Source: Nitrospirota bacterium (GTDB lineage: Bacteria > Nitrospirota > UBA9217). From it: a stretch of DNA of 64,000 bases. Where the stretch lies: the NCBI GenBank assembly GCA_963845065.1, contig CAWJQQ010000005.1:288001-352000 (forward strand), in the 5' to 3' direction. Shown here in pieces: positions 1 to 10,493 of this stretch; within the stretch, counting starts at the first letter, position 1, and every line of letters starts with the position of its first letter. Under the pieces are notes generated by a model. It had not been told where the DNA came from. It searched no databases and saw only the letters and a program-made list of their open reading frames with translations. The position numbers were made by a program, and so were the translations under genes.

Positions 1-332
1 TAACAATGATTCTCACGACGATACAATGGGTCTGTCGGTATTCAATCATCTCTCTGCTGCTATTAGGCCTCGGTATCGCACCCCGCCCAATACTATTCAT
101 GGCACTACAAGTCATCGTCTTTGCGCTGCTGGCGTTCATTCCCACGCCGGGCGGTGTCGGCGGCGCCGAAGCCCTTTTTTCAGTAATCTATCGCTCATTT
201 CTGCCGCCCGAGACAATTGGTATAGTGACCGCAGGTTGGCGCTTTTTTACGTTTTATTTTTTGTTGCTTCTGGCCGCGGCGCTGTTTTTATTGTTCAGAA
301 TGCGTCCGAAAGAGGCAGCACCGGTTTCATGA
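1..332 (+). CDS. 3' part of a lysylphosphatidylglycerol synthase TM / YbhN (UPF0104) flippase-like membrane protein
   Basis: Hydrophobic ORF with PTPGGVGGAEA and WRFFTFY motifs; probably truncated by the window start. Confidence 0.75.
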   Translation, partial: TMILTTIQWVCRYSIISLLLLGLGIAPRPILFMALQVIVFALLAFIPTPGGVGGAEALFSVIYRSFLPPETIGIVTAGWRFFTFYFLLLLAAALFLLFRMRPKEAAPVS

Positions 333-368
333 ACAAAGCACTTTTTTTTAATTAAGAAGGAAGAGAAC

Positions 369-1196
369 ATGAAGACACTACAGTATGCCTCAGCGTACTC
401 AAAGAAACGGAACTTGCGAACCTCGTCCCCCGATATGGGCGTATTGCCGCCACTGAACACGAATGCCGTCCGGGAGATGAAACTTACTACAGACAGTAAA
501 CCGTCTCGACTGATTTCGCCGATCATTTTCCAGGCGACGCAGAATGTAGGGCTGAAGCTTTATGAATTGCTTGATATGGCTGAACTCATGCGAGTGGCAT
601 ACGAAAAAAAGGACCTGGCAACTGCCCAAAATCTGCTTTCTCTTCTCACGGTGGACGCCTCGAACCTAGCCTTGTCCATCTCCTCCGTTCTCGAACTTAA
701 GCAACACGAAAAAGAACCTGCGGAAACGGTGTGTAAGCGTTTCGACATTGTTGCGCTGATCCACGAAGTGTCGGATGCTGCACGTTTGATTGTGGGAGAC
801 AAGCCAGTTACCGTCATGGACGCCTCCTGCTCCAGTCCCGTAGTCATATATTCGGACCCATCCATGATTAGACAAATCATGACAGGGCTCATGAGCAATG
901 CAGCAAAATTTACCGCCCGGGGGAGAATTGCTTTAATCCTAAGTAATGATGATGACAAGATCAGGCTGACCGTGGCGGATACCGGCAAAGGGATGACACC
1001 GGAAGAGATTCAAGCCGTACTTGAGTCATTCGATTATAAGCAAAATGATGAAATGAACAGCCTGGCGATATCCGGTCTGGGTCTCAGAATCGTAAAAGCC
1101 CTTGTGAAAAAACTTGATGGCAAGATTTCTCTTGCCAGTAAACCAGGCGAGGGAACAATTGTAGAGGTTTCTCTACCGCTGAAAGCTCTGCTATAA
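369..1196 (+). CDS. HATPase-domain sensor kinase-like protein with degenerate H-box (pseudokinase candidate)
   Basis: N box (LMSNAAKFT), G1 (DTGKGM) and G2 (SGLGL) present; DHp-like segment FQATQNVGLKLYELLDMAELM has no His. Confidence 0.8.
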   Translation: MKTLQYASAYSKKRNLRTSSPDMGVLPPLNTNAVREMKLTTDSKPSRLISPIIFQATQNVGLKLYELLDMAELMRVAYEKKDLATAQNLLSLLTVDASNLALSISSVLELKQHEKEPAETVCKRFDIVALIHEVSDAARLIVGDKPVTVMDASCSSPVVIYSDPSMIRQIMTGLMSNAAKFTARGRIALILSNDDDKIRLTVADTGKGMTPEEIQAVLESFDYKQNDEMNSLAISGLGLRIVKALVKKLDGKISLASKPGEGTIVEVSLPLKALL

Positions 1197-1274
1197 TACG
1201 ATTCAGCGCATCACTTCTTCAATAGGTCCGAACGTGCTGCTGTCCTTATGCCTTCCTTTGCGCGGTTGCGCGTA

Positions 1275-1328
1275 GTAAACAATATTTAACACGGCCTTCA
1301 TATTCCGGTAACATAATTCGAGTATAGT
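1275..1328 (+). promoter_or_regulatory. Pho-box-like array plus -10 element
   Basis: GTAAAC/TTAACA/TTCATA/GTAACA at 1275, 1286, 1297, 1308 (11-bp period); TATAGT at 1323. Confidence 0.7.
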
Positions 1329-1369
1329 AGGCCCTGCAGTTACACAGTGCAGCCCAGGATGAACGCAAT

Positions 1370-2461
1370 ATGAAAAAACAGATCCTCATTGTTGAAGATG
1401 AACATGATTTGGCCGAACTTCTCAACTACCATCTCCAAAAAGAAAACTTTCAGACCGTGATTGCGTATAGCGGAGAAGAAGCCATTGACGCAGTTCAGCG
1501 GCATAGGTTTGACGCGGTCCTCCTGGATATCATGCTGCCCGAGCTTGATGGATGGGAAGTGTGCCGTATGTTGAGAGAGAGCAGGAACGGAAGGTCGCTG
1601 CCGATCATTGTGGTCACGGCATTGTCCGACGATGAGGCCCGGATCAGAGGGCTCAGCATTGGGGCAGATGATTTCGTGTCGAAGCCCTATTCCATGAAAG
1701 AACTGCTCCTGAAAATAAGAAAGCACATAGACCGGCAGCAGACGATAAACCAGATGAAGGCCCGCGAGCAGGAGCAAGACACGGTGGTGCGCTACATGAT
1801 TCATGAACTCCGCAACTCCCTGACCACGATCGGCGGATATTCTTCCCTTGCCCTGCAGAAGGACGATACGAATAAATTTATGAGAACGATCAACGCCGCC
1901 GCCACTCACGCCGAAAGCCTTCTTCAGGATGCATCACTTCTCTCCCGGCTGGAGAACGGCAAAGAGCGCCTGTCCATCGAACCGGTCGCTATCAATTCGC
2001 TGGTCAATGAATCTATTGATTTCCTACATGATACGGCAAAAAAGTCGAATATTGAAATAATCGCAGAGAACAATACAACGTCGCTTGTCCAGGGCAACGA
2101 AACAGCAATCAGGCAGATCATGATCAACCTCGTTTCAAATGCCGTTAAATATAACCGAAAGGGTGGAACTGTCCGGATCTCCTTCGACAACAAGAATGAC
2201 AGGGTTGATATCTCCATTAAGGACGAGGGTTGCGGAATGACAGACGCTGACATTGCCCACATTTTTGATAAGTTTTACCGCGCCGCCGGCAGTGAACGAA
2301 TAAAAGGTGCGGGACTCGGTCTTTATATCGTCAGACTCCTGACCAACGCCATGGGCGGCACCGTCACGGTCGCCAGCATGCCGGGAGCAGGCAGCGTTTT
2401 TACGGTATCTTTTATTAAGGCAAATAGCGTGGCACTCCACGCAGCTCGGGACGTAGCGTAA
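1370..2461 (+). CDS. Hybrid REC-HisKA-HATPase (PhoB-like receiver fused to a PhoR-like kinase core)
   Basis: ILIVEDE...LLDIMLPELDG...GADDFVSKPY, then HELRNS, NAVKYN, DEGCGM, GAGLGL. Confidence 0.9.
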   Translation: MKKQILIVEDEHDLAELLNYHLQKENFQTVIAYSGEEAIDAVQRHRFDAVLLDIMLPELDGWEVCRMLRESRNGRSLPIIVVTALSDDEARIRGLSIGADDFVSKPYSMKELLLKIRKHIDRQQTINQMKAREQEQDTVVRYMIHELRNSLTTIGGYSSLALQKDDTNKFMRTINAAATHAESLLQDASLLSRLENGKERLSIEPVAINSLVNESIDFLHDTAKKSNIEIIAENNTTSLVQGNETAIRQIMINLVSNAVKYNRKGGTVRISFDNKNDRVDISIKDEGCGMTDADIAHIFDKFYRAAGSERIKGAGLGLYIVRLLTNAMGGTVTVASMPGAGSVFTVSFIKANSVALHAARDVA

Positions 2462-2480
2462 GAACAGAACAGGGTTAGCT

Positions 2481-3049
2481 ATGGACGAACTTCTGAAAAG
2501 GTGTGGGACCATTTGCTGGGAAGAGTTGCAAAATGGCATACGGATAAAGATAGCAGGTGGTCTAATACAGACGATTAATGCTCAGAAAAATGTTCCTCCG
2601 TAGGGGAACTCATCACATTCAAGGAGCTGGTTACGCCTCAGACCATCGTGAACAAGGTGTCAGAGCGGTTTTTCAGCACCTCCGAGCTGGATGCAATCGC
2701 TGTCGTCGAGGAGAACGAGCCCGTCGGCATCGTCACGAGGCCAAAGCTGCTCTTTACGCTGTTCCGTAGATTCGGCTTTGAACTCTATGGATAATACCCA
2801 GTCATTGCTATAGCTGATACGAGTCCTCTCATCATGTCCGAGGATGAGCGGCTCGACGTGATAATCTACATGGCGTTGGAGCGGCCGCCGCAGGACATCT
2901 ACGACGAGATCATTGTGACCTCCACCAGGGGAACCTACCGTGGCCTCCTGTCGGCAAAACAGCTAGTGATACAGTAAAGCAACGCTCTGGCAAGTAATAT
3001 ACTTCAGAAAGAAATGGCCAGCGCTCGGGCGTAGGAGCTTGAAAAATGA
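2481..3049 (+). pseudogene. Degraded CBS-pair sensor gene
   Basis: One frame reads ...DAIAVVEENEPVGIVTR...FGFELYG*YPV...IYDEIIVT...YRGLLSAKQL; in-frame stops at 2792, 2975, 3032 and a 5' frameshift. Confidence 0.75.
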
Positions 3050-3421
3050 CGAGAAATAGAAAGAAGGTACTGGTAGTCGATGACGATGAACTGCATCTCT
3101 ATACGACTAAAGAGCTGCTCCAGGACGACTTCATTGAGGTACTTACTCATCAGAGTTGGACCGGCGCAACGAAGCGCATAAAGGACCTGCAACCAGATCT
3201 CATACTGCTCTATATCAATATGCCTGCGCTATCCGGCGATAAACTCATTTCCATAATTAAACCCTACTACGGTGCAATAACGACGCCTATTGTCTTCTAT
3301 TCGTCCAATGATGAAGATAAGCTTAAGAGAGCTCGTGAATACTTACGGTGCGCAGGGGTATATTTGCAAGGGTAATATCAACGATTTGCGAAGCAAGGTC
3401 AATCGGCATCTCAAAATATAG
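3046..3421 (+). pseudogene. Frameshifted single-domain response regulator
   Basis: KVLVVDDD...LLYINMP (phosphoacceptor D to Y); after a shift near 3328 continues ELVNTYGAQGYICKGNINDLRSK to TAG at 3421. Confidence 0.75.
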
Positions 3422-3465
3422 GCGTAGAAACCCACAAAAAAAGGCTCTTTTAAGAGGGACTATCT

Positions 3466-3929
3466 GTGCGAACCCCAAAAAGGATATTGATAGTAGACGA
3501 GGATGAGGTACTTCTCGATGTCACAAAAGCACTGCTTAAAGACGAACGATTCGAGATAATTATGCAGCGGGGGGGAACGACGTGATGAACTTAGTGAGTC
3601 AACTCCAGCCCGACCTCGTTCTGATCGATATCAACATGACGGTACTGTCCGGCGATATGCTGTCGATGCTGCTGCGATCCAGCAAGGACACCAGTCATAT
3701 CCGGCTCGTCTTCCATTCATCCAATGACGAGTACAGCCTGAGAGAAAGTGTTTCGGCTTGTGACGTCCATGGATATATATGCAAGGGCGAAATTGCAAAC
3801 TTACGTAAAAAAATCGATCAGTATTTAAGTTCGCCCTGTTCAGAGGATGAACGAATAACTTTGTATTGGCACGCTCTCGCTGGAAAGTATATTACTCCGA
3901 GCAAAAAGAAGAGCAACAACCCTCTGTAA
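3466..3929 (+). pseudogene. Second frameshifted single-domain response regulator (paralog of the previous one)
   Basis: GTG 3466 with RBS gives VRTPKRILIVDEDE...; frame changes at the G7 run near 3569-3575 into LQPDLVLIDINM...SSNDE...GYICKG. Confidence 0.7.
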
Positions 3930-4020
3930 AGAAGAACAAAAATGCGGAGAAAGTGTATGCAAAACAACTGTTATGTTTCAAAAAACCATTAAAGGATGAG
4001 GTAACTGGTTTGAGGAATCT

Positions 4021-4074
4021 TTAATAGAAGCTTAACCAACTTGTAACAATCCTGTAACACTTCGATGGTATAAC
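4021..4074 (+). promoter_or_regulatory. Pho-box-like array and extended -10 of pstS
   Basis: TTAATA/TTAACC/GTAACA/GTAACA at 4021, 4032, 4043, 4054 (11-bp period); TGG-TATAAC with -10 at 4069. Confidence 0.8.
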
Positions 4075-4109
4075 AAGCACGATGTAAAAAAAAGAAAAGG
4101 AGAAAAAAC

Positions 4110-5126
4110 ATGAAACGAATTTTAGCAATCGCAGTATTAGTATTAGCAGGTATGTTTTCGATAAATCAAGCATTTGCAGCGGAAACCCTTAATGGAGCAG
4201 GATCTTCATTTGCCTACCCGATATACTCGGCGTGGGCTTATGAATATCAGAAGGTCAACGGCCTTCAGCTCAATTATCAGTCAATAGGATCAGGCGGCGG
4301 CATCAAGCAGATCACTGATAGGACCGTCGACTTCGGCGCCTCCGACCTGCCTCTGAGCCCCGCTGATCTACAAAAGTCCAACCTTATCCAGTTCCCCGCG
4401 GTCATCGGAGGTGTCGTGCCTATTGTGAACATTCCAGGTGTAAAGCCCAACCAGATGCGGCTCGATTCCCAGACGATGTGCGGGATCTATCTAGGAGAAA
4501 TCAAATATTGGAACGACCCACAAATCACGGCCTTGAATCCCACGATGAGCCTGCCCCACAACGAAATCACGGTCGTCCATCGGTCCGACGGCTCGGGAAC
4601 GACCGCAATCTTCACGTCGTATCTCGTCCAGACCTGCCCCGCGTGGAAGGAAAAAGTGGGTACCGGGGTGGCGGTGAATTGGCCAGTAGGTATCGGCGGC
4701 AAGGGTAGCGAAGGAGTGGCAAACTACGTTCAGAGCACCGCCTATTCCGTCGGGTACGACGAGTTCGCATACGCCCAGCAGAACAACCTGACCTACACGC
4801 AATTGAAGAACCCGGCCGGTCAGTTCGTGTCGCCGACCTTCGTGACTTTCGAAAACGCCGCAAAGACAGCTATATTCGATCCCAAGAACGACTTCGACTT
4901 GATGATGACCAACGCCAAGGGCAAGGATGCATGGCCCATCGCCGGGGGAACTTTCGTTCTCCTCGCCAAGGACAGGAAGGATGCCAATGTAAAAACCGCC
5001 AAGTTCTATGATTGGTCGTTTAATCAGGGCGATGCAAAGGCAAAGGAACTTATCTACATTCCGCTTCCAAAAAACCTGAAAGACAAGATCCGCGCCTACT
5101 GGAAAGCGAATGGGATCAATTATTAA
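4110..5126 (+). CDS. pstS: Phosphate ABC transporter substrate-binding protein
   Basis: Signal peptide; GAGSSF, YQSIGSGGG, DFGASD, RSDGSGTT motifs. Confidence 0.97.
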   Translation: MKRILAIAVLVLAGMFSINQAFAAETLNGAGSSFAYPIYSAWAYEYQKVNGLQLNYQSIGSGGGIKQITDRTVDFGASDLPLSPADLQKSNLIQFPAVIGGVVPIVNIPGVKPNQMRLDSQTMCGIYLGEIKYWNDPQITALNPTMSLPHNEITVVHRSDGSGTTAIFTSYLVQTCPAWKEKVGTGVAVNWPVGIGGKGSEGVANYVQSTAYSVGYDEFAYAQQNNLTYTQLKNPAGQFVSPTFVTFENAAKTAIFDPKNDFDLMMTNAKGKDAWPIAGGTFVLLAKDRKDANVKTAKFYDWSFNQGDAKAKELIYIPLPKNLKDKIRAYWKANGINY

Positions 5127-5154
5127 AACTGCTTCTAAATAAAAGTTGCAATCG

Positions 5155-5191
5155 ACGGGTCAGGTATATATACTACTTATGCCTGACCCGT
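5155..5191 (+). terminator. pstS-pstC intergenic stem-loop (partial terminator or mRNA stabiliser)
   Basis: ACGGGTCAGGTATA / TATGCCTGACCCGT 14-bp stem followed by TTGAGTTTT. Confidence 0.65.
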
Positions 5192-5237
5192 TTGAGTTTT
5201 ACCCGAATGCCATTTCGAATGCCGGAAAGGTCTTTCA

Positions 5238-6179
5238 TTGGCCATTTCTCCCCAAAAAAAATTTCCAGAGCTGATCTTTCTCTCCCTTACCGCCGTAGCA
5301 TCCGTCACGGTCATCATTTTTATTATCGGGATCGTCGCAGTGCTCTTCAACGAATCTTCGCTCGCAATCGGAAAATTCGGCGTCGTGAATTTTCTGACCT
5401 CGATTGTCTGGGACCCCGTGAGAAGCAACTTCGGAGCGGCAACGACCATTTACGGCACTTTTGTGACGACCGTGCTTGCGCTGCTTTTCTCAATACCGAC
5501 CGCGATCGGCATCGCGATATTCGTTACAGAAATCGCTCCGAATTTCCTCAAAAGCCCTATCGGGGTCGCGATAGAGCTTCTGGCCGCTATCCCGAGCATC
5601 ATCTACGGTATGTGGGGGCTCTTCACGCTTGCGCCGATCATGTCCCGGTATGTCGAACCGGCGCTCAAGTCCAGCGTCGGGAAGCTGCCCTACATAGGTA
5701 TTCTTTTTAAAGGCAACCCGATGGGCATCGACCTGCTGACGGCGAGCGTCATCCTCGGCATCATGATAATACCCTTTACGGCGAGCATCGCTCGGGATGC
5801 TTTCAATCTCACGCCTGCCGTCGTGAAGGAATCCGCATACGCCATCGGCGCCACGCGGTGGGAAGTCGTAAAAAATATCGTGCTTCCGTACTCAAAGCTC
5901 GGCGTTTTCGGGGGCGCCGCACTGTCGCTTGGCCGGGCGCTCGGGGAGACCATGGCCGTGGCCTTCGTGCTCGGTAACAATCACAGGATCGCAACGTCGC
6001 TTCTTGACGCGGCCTCAACCATCACCGTGAGCCTCGCGAATGAATTTACCGAAGCGGACACAGATCTCTATCTTTCCTCTCTTTATTACCTCGCTCTTAT
6101 CCTCTTTGTTATGAGTTTCGTCATCCTGGCGATATCGAAATACTTTCTTCTCAAGGCCGAGAGGAAATACTCGCGATGA
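5238..6179 (+). CDS. pstC: Phosphate ABC transporter permease
   Basis: ELLAAIPSIIYGMWG and LGRALGETMAV motifs. Confidence 0.96.
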   Translation: MAISPQKKFPELIFLSLTAVASVTVIIFIIGIVAVLFNESSLAIGKFGVVNFLTSIVWDPVRSNFGAATTIYGTFVTTVLALLFSIPTAIGIAIFVTEIAPNFLKSPIGVAIELLAAIPSIIYGMWGLFTLAPIMSRYVEPALKSSVGKLPYIGILFKGNPMGIDLLTASVILGIMIIPFTASIARDAFNLTPAVVKESAYAIGATRWEVVKNIVLPYSKLGVFGGAALSLGRALGETMAVAFVLGNNHRIATSLLDAASTITVSLANEFTEADTDLYLSSLYYLALILFVMSFVILAISKYFLLKAERKYSR

Positions 6180-7018
6180 AGATCGAGACAAAAAGAAAAG
6201 CCGAGAGCTTAATCGCGCTTACCCTGAGCGGTCTTGCCGCCGCCATCGGCCTTTTCTGGCTCGTTTACATCTTGGCTGACGTGCTTATCAACGGCCTCCA
6301 CGCCCTGAACCTCAATCTCTTCCTGAACGATCCCGCACCTGCCGGCGTCGAAGGCGGTGGGCTCCGGAACGCCTTCATCGGCCAGTTGCTGATCACCGGC
6401 GCCGCGACATTGATCGGAGTGCCGATAGGCGTTCTCGGGGGCACCTTTCTCGCCGAGTACGCCCGCGGGACGAAAACAGCTCGCGCGATCAGCGTTCTTG
6501 CGGATATCATGGTCAGTGTTCCGGCCCTCGTTGTCGGAGCCTTTGTCTACGCTATCGTTGTACAGCCGCTTCATCATTTCAGTGGATGGGCAGGTGCGTT
6601 CGCGCTCTCAATCGTCATGATCCCCGTAGTGCTCCGGACTACCGAGGACATGTTGTCGCTGGTACCCTGGACGCTGCGCGAGGCGGCTTTTGCGCTTGGT
6701 GCTCCTTATTACAAAGTCATCATTCAAGTCGTCTACCGCGGGGCGGCCACAGGTATTCTGACTGGCATCCTGCTTTCGATTGCCCGAGTCGCGGGCGAAA
6801 CAGCGCCGCTCCTATTTACGTCGTTCAATAATAATTTCTTCTCAACAGACATGAATAGGCCAGTAGCATCGCTGACTGTCACTATTTTTCAGTATGCAAT
6901 GGGGCCATATAAAAGCTGGCATACCCAGGCATGGGGTGCGGCCTTGGTCATAACACTGTTTATTCTCATGATTACTATTGCTGGAAGACTCATACTAAAG
7001 TGGAGGTACAAGCAGTGA
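6176..7018 (+). CDS. pstA: Phosphate ABC transporter permease
   Basis: [10 protein letters not shown] and [10 protein letters not shown] motifs; ATGA overlap with pstC. Confidence 0.96.
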   Translation: MKIETKRKAESLIALTLSGLAAAIGLFWLVYILADVLINGLHALNLNLFLNDPAPAGVEGGGLRNAFIGQLLITGAATLIGVPIGVLGGTFLAEYARGTKTARAISVLADIMVSVPALVVGAFVYAIVVQPLHHFSGWAGAFALSIVMIPVVLRTTEDMLSLVPWTLREAAFALGAPYYKVIIQVVYRGAATGILTGILLSIARVAGETAPLLFTSFNNNFFSTDMNRPVASLTVTIFQYAMGPYKSWHTQAWGAALVITLFILMITIAGRLILKWRYKQ

Positions 7019-7779
7019 CAGCAACGACCGAAATCGAGGTCAAAAGCCTGGATTTTTACTATAATGGCGATGCCCATGCTCTGCAGAAAATATCGTTTCC
7101 GATTTACAAGAACAAGGTTACCGCCTTGATCGGCCCGTCGGGCTGCGGCAAGACCACGCTGCTTCGATGTTTCAACCGCATGCACGACTTGTACCCGAAA
7201 CACCGTTATGAGGGGGAGATCCATTTCCAGGAGAAAAATATCCTGGCGAACGATGTCGATCTTATCAACCTTCGAAGTCGCATCGGCATGGTATTCCAGA
7301 AGCCGACGCCGTTTCCCATGAGCATTGCTGAAAACATCGCTTATGGCCTCAGGCTGAAGGGCATCAGGAATAAATCCGAACTCGTAGGACGGATCGAGGA
7401 AGCGATCAAACGAGCCGCGCTTTGGACGGAAGTCAGGGACAAATTAAATGAGAGCGCTTATGAGCTGTCCGGCGGACAGCAGCAGCGGCTCGTTATTGCG
7501 CGGGCACTGGCAGTTGAACCCGAGGTCCTTCTTTTTGACGAACCCACATCGGCGTTGGACCCTATTTCGACGGCAAAGATAGAAGAACTCGTCATGACCT
7601 TGAAAAAGGACGTTACGATCATTATCGTTACTCATAATATGCAACAAGCGGCACGGGTATCGGACATGACGGGATTTCTGTACATGGGCGAGCTCATCGA
7701 ATACGGTACAACGGAAAAAATATTTACCAATCCGGATAATAAACAGACCGACGATTATATTACCGGGCGGTTCGGGTAA
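7015..7779 (+). CDS. pstB: Phosphate ABC transporter ATPase
   Basis: [31 protein letters not shown]; likely GTG start at 7015 with GGAGG RBS. Confidence 0.97.
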   Translation: MTATTEIEVKSLDFYYNGDAHALQKISFPIYKNKVTALIGPSGCGKTTLLRCFNRMHDLYPKHRYEGEIHFQEKNILANDVDLINLRSRIGMVFQKPTPFPMSIAENIAYGLRLKGIRNKSELVGRIEEAIKRAALWTEVRDKLNESAYELSGGQQQRLVIARALAVEPEVLLFDEPTSALDPISTAKIEELVMTLKKDVTIIIVTHNMQQAARVSDMTGFLYMGELIEYGTTEKIFTNPDNKQTDDYITGRFG

Positions 7780-7905
7780 TTTCTACAGCGTCCGAGGGAG
7801 AGGTGCCAGAGAACTGCCGGAAAGAGGCATGGATCGAAGGAACTCGCTTTTGATGTCCTCGACTTCTGCACGTGGTCGGGACGATGTCATTTTAAGGAGA
7901 AGAGA

Positions 7906-8574
7906 ATGGGGAAACAGAAAGAACAGGATCTCGAAGCCCTCAAGGAACGGGTGCTCGCTATGGGCGGTTTTGTCGAAGAGTCCATTAGGAAATCCGTCAA
8001 AGCCTTAGTCGAGCGGGACAGAAATGTGGCACAACAGGTCATAGACGGCGACGCCGTAGTCAATAATTATGATGTCGAAATCGAGGAAGAATGCATCCGT
8101 TTCATCGCTATCTGGCAACCTACAGGCAGCAATCTCCGTCTCGTTACCACAGCTATAAAGATTATCACCGACCTCGAGCGTATGGGCGATCTTGCTGTTG
8201 ACATCTGTGAGCGGGCCATAGAACTAAACGAGGAACCGCCGCTCAAGCCATATATCGACCTCCCGCGAATGGCCGATGCTGCCCAGAAAATGCTCAAGGA
8301 CAGCCTTGACGCCTTTGTGGCAGGCGATGCCGATCTTGCGGTTCAAGTATGCGCAGCTGACGACTTTGTCGATGATCTGAACCAACAGATCTTCAACGAT
8401 CTGCTTATGTATATGCTCAAAGATCCCCAAAATATTTCACGCGCCGTGCGCCTGACCTATATTACGAAGTACCTGGAGCGCATCGCGGACCATGCCACCA
8501 ATATTGCGGAAATGGTCGTCTACATGGTCAAGGGGAAGGTCATCCGGCACACTGCATGCGAGTCGCGCACGTAG
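7906..8574 (+). CDS. phoU: Phosphate signalling complex protein
   Basis: DLERMGD and YLERIADHATNIAE repeats. Confidence 0.96.
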   Translation: MGKQKEQDLEALKERVLAMGGFVEESIRKSVKALVERDRNVAQQVIDGDAVVNNYDVEIEEECIRFIAIWQPTGSNLRLVTTAIKIITDLERMGDLAVDICERAIELNEEPPLKPYIDLPRMADAAQKMLKDSLDAFVAGDADLAVQVCAADDFVDDLNQQIFNDLLMYMLKDPQNISRAVRLTYITKYLERIADHATNIAEMVVYMVKGKVIRHTACESRT

Positions 8575-8827
8575 GAATAAAGCAGATGTTGCCGGAGAAG
8601 TCGGTGTAACGCTAACTGGGTTTACCCGTTTTTGCCCTCCACGCGCCCCGCAGTGCAAGTGGGACTGATACTTCAATTCGTTTTGACACCATTTTAGCAT
8701 GTCGAACCTTTTCAGCCCCATCTTCGTGGCTTTCGCAGATTGTCCCGATTTAGAAAGGACGAAAAGTGAAGGACAGACAAAAAACGGAGGAGGGAGAGCA
8801 TAAGGCACCTATCCAATAGGGCTCCTC

Positions 8828-9637
8828 TTATTCGTGCGGAGTCTGCGGAGTGACGGGCGCCTTCTTCTTCTCGGCTTCGGGAAAGAGTAATATAATGCTG
8901 ATCCTCCGGTTGCGGGGGTCTTCGGGATTTTCCTTAATGAAGGGGACGGTGTCTGCGTAGCCCGCCACCCGGGTGAGTCGGTTCGGGTTCATGCCGAATT
9001 CTTCCAGCTGTTTTTTAGCTGCGAGTGCCCGTTCGGTCGAAAGTTCCCAGTTGCCATAGGCTGAGGACTTGTATGCCAGGGAGTCTGTATGGCCTTCGAC
9101 GGAAACCGGATTAGGTAGGTTCTTGATCTGCTCGCCGATCACCTGCATGATCCTTGATGCAAGTGCTGTAGGCTTCGAGGATCCAAGGTCGAACATGGGT
9201 TTCCCCTCCTTGTCTACGAGCTGGATTCGGACGCCACCTTCGAAAACGTCAACCATAATCTGGTCTTTAATGTCTCCAAGTTTTTCTTCAATAGCCTGTT
9301 TGATCGCTTCTTTGAATGTTTCCGGATTTGATTGCGAAGTGCCCTGTGTTTCAAAGGGTATCTTTCGTTCGTTTTCGCTTGGCTGCTTGAACATCTCGCT
9401 CGATTCGCCCATGAATGACGTACCGCTCTCTTTAAAAATAGAAAAAAATTTAAAATAGTTGGAAAGCTGCGCCCTCTTTTCCGGCGAAGTCATCGTTATG
9501 AGCCACAGGAGCAGGAAGAAGGCCATCATGGCCGTAACGAAATCCGCGTAGGCGACCTTCCAACTACCGCCGTGCCCGCCTTCTTCTGAGACTCTTTTAA
9601 CTTTTTTAATAATGATTTTTTGCTTCTGATCAGTCAT
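8828..9637 (-). CDS. motB: Flagellar stator B subunit
   Basis: HGGSWKVAYADFVTAMMAFFLLLW; OmpA-like domain (EGHTD, NWELS, NRRI). Confidence 0.95.
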   Translation of the reverse strand: MTDQKQKIIIKKVKRVSEEGGHGGSWKVAYADFVTAMMAFFLLLWLITMTSPEKRAQLSNYFKFFSIFKESGTSFMGESSEMFKQPSENERKIPFETQGTSQSNPETFKEAIKQAIEEKLGDIKDQIMVDVFEGGVRIQLVDKEGKPMFDLGSSKPTALASRIMQVIGEQIKNLPNPVSVEGHTDSLAYKSSAYGNWELSTERALAAKKQLEEFGMNPNRLTRVAGYADTVPFIKENPEDPRNRRISIILLFPEAEKKKAPVTPQTPHE

Positions 9638-10491
9638 CGTATTTTGCCTCGCACCAGTTGTTCAAGCTCATCGAAAGTAGGTTTTTCTTTGTCCGGGATA
9701 GCCCGGCGGCCGAATTCAACAGCCATCTGGGGTGCCGAGCCGCCTACAAACGCGACGAGTGCGACCCTGATGACCTGGGAAAAAGTGCCTCCCTCGCGGG
9801 CCTGGTGCTCGAGGTTCGCAGCCATGGGGCCGACAAAGCCGTAGCACATGAGCACCCCCAGGAACGTGCCGACCAGAGCCGCGCCGATAGAGTGGCCCAG
9901 CACTGCGGGCGGCTGGTCGATTTTGCCCATGGTGAGCACGACGCCCAGGACCGCCGCGACGATGCCGAGACCCGGCAGGGCGTCGGCGATTTTTGCGACG
10001 CTTTGAGACGGTATCATGGCCTCGTGGTGGTGCGTGTCGATCTCGATCTCCATGAGGTTGTCAAGCTCGTGCGGTGGAACGTTCGCTGTGATAATCACCT
10101 TGAGGTTATCGCAAATAAAATTGAGCGCATGGTGGTTCGCGAGCAGCCCGGAGTGCTTCTGGAAGATCGGGCTTTTCGGCGGACTTTCAATATCGGATTC
10201 GATCGACACAAGCCCCTCTTTCCGGATTTTAGAAAAGAGCTGGTACAGAAGTGAGAGGAGCTCCAGGTACTTTTTCTTGCTTTGGTTCTTTGCGGCAATA
10301 ATGGAAAAAACGTTTTTGAAAACCAGTCCTACGACTTTTGTCGGCGAGGCTATAAGGAACGAGCCAAGTGCAGCACCGAAAATAATCACGACTTCGGCAG
10401 GCTGGAACAGGACGTGGAGATTGCCCTCTTCCATGAGATATCCACTGATGATGGAGCCGAGCACAACGACTATGCCGATGATGACAAACAT
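9634..10491 (-). CDS. motA: Flagellar stator A subunit
   Basis: QPAEVVIIFGA, ALPGLGIVAAVLG, GAALVGTFLG, AVEFGRR. Confidence 0.95.
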   Translation of the reverse strand: MFVIIGIVVVLGSIISGYLMEEGNLHVLFQPAEVVIIFGAALGSFLIASPTKVVGLVFKNVFSIIAAKNQSKKKYLELLSLLYQLFSKIRKEGLVSIESDIESPPKSPIFQKHSGLLANHHALNFICDNLKVIITANVPPHELDNLMEIEIDTHHHEAMIPSQSVAKIADALPGLGIVAAVLGVVLTMGKIDQPPAVLGHSIGAALVGTFLGVLMCYGFVGPMAANLEHQAREGGTFSQVIRVALVAFVGGSAPQMAVEFGRRAIPDKEKPTFDELEQLVRGKIR

Positions 10492-10493
10492 GG

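Noticed and set aside
8626..8787. Imperfect inverted repeat (CCGTTTTTG...CAAAAAACGG) as a MITE, and the 123-aa ORF 8437-8808
   Set aside because: Arms are short and gapped, no target duplication or second copy; the ORF overlaps phoU antisense and has no motif
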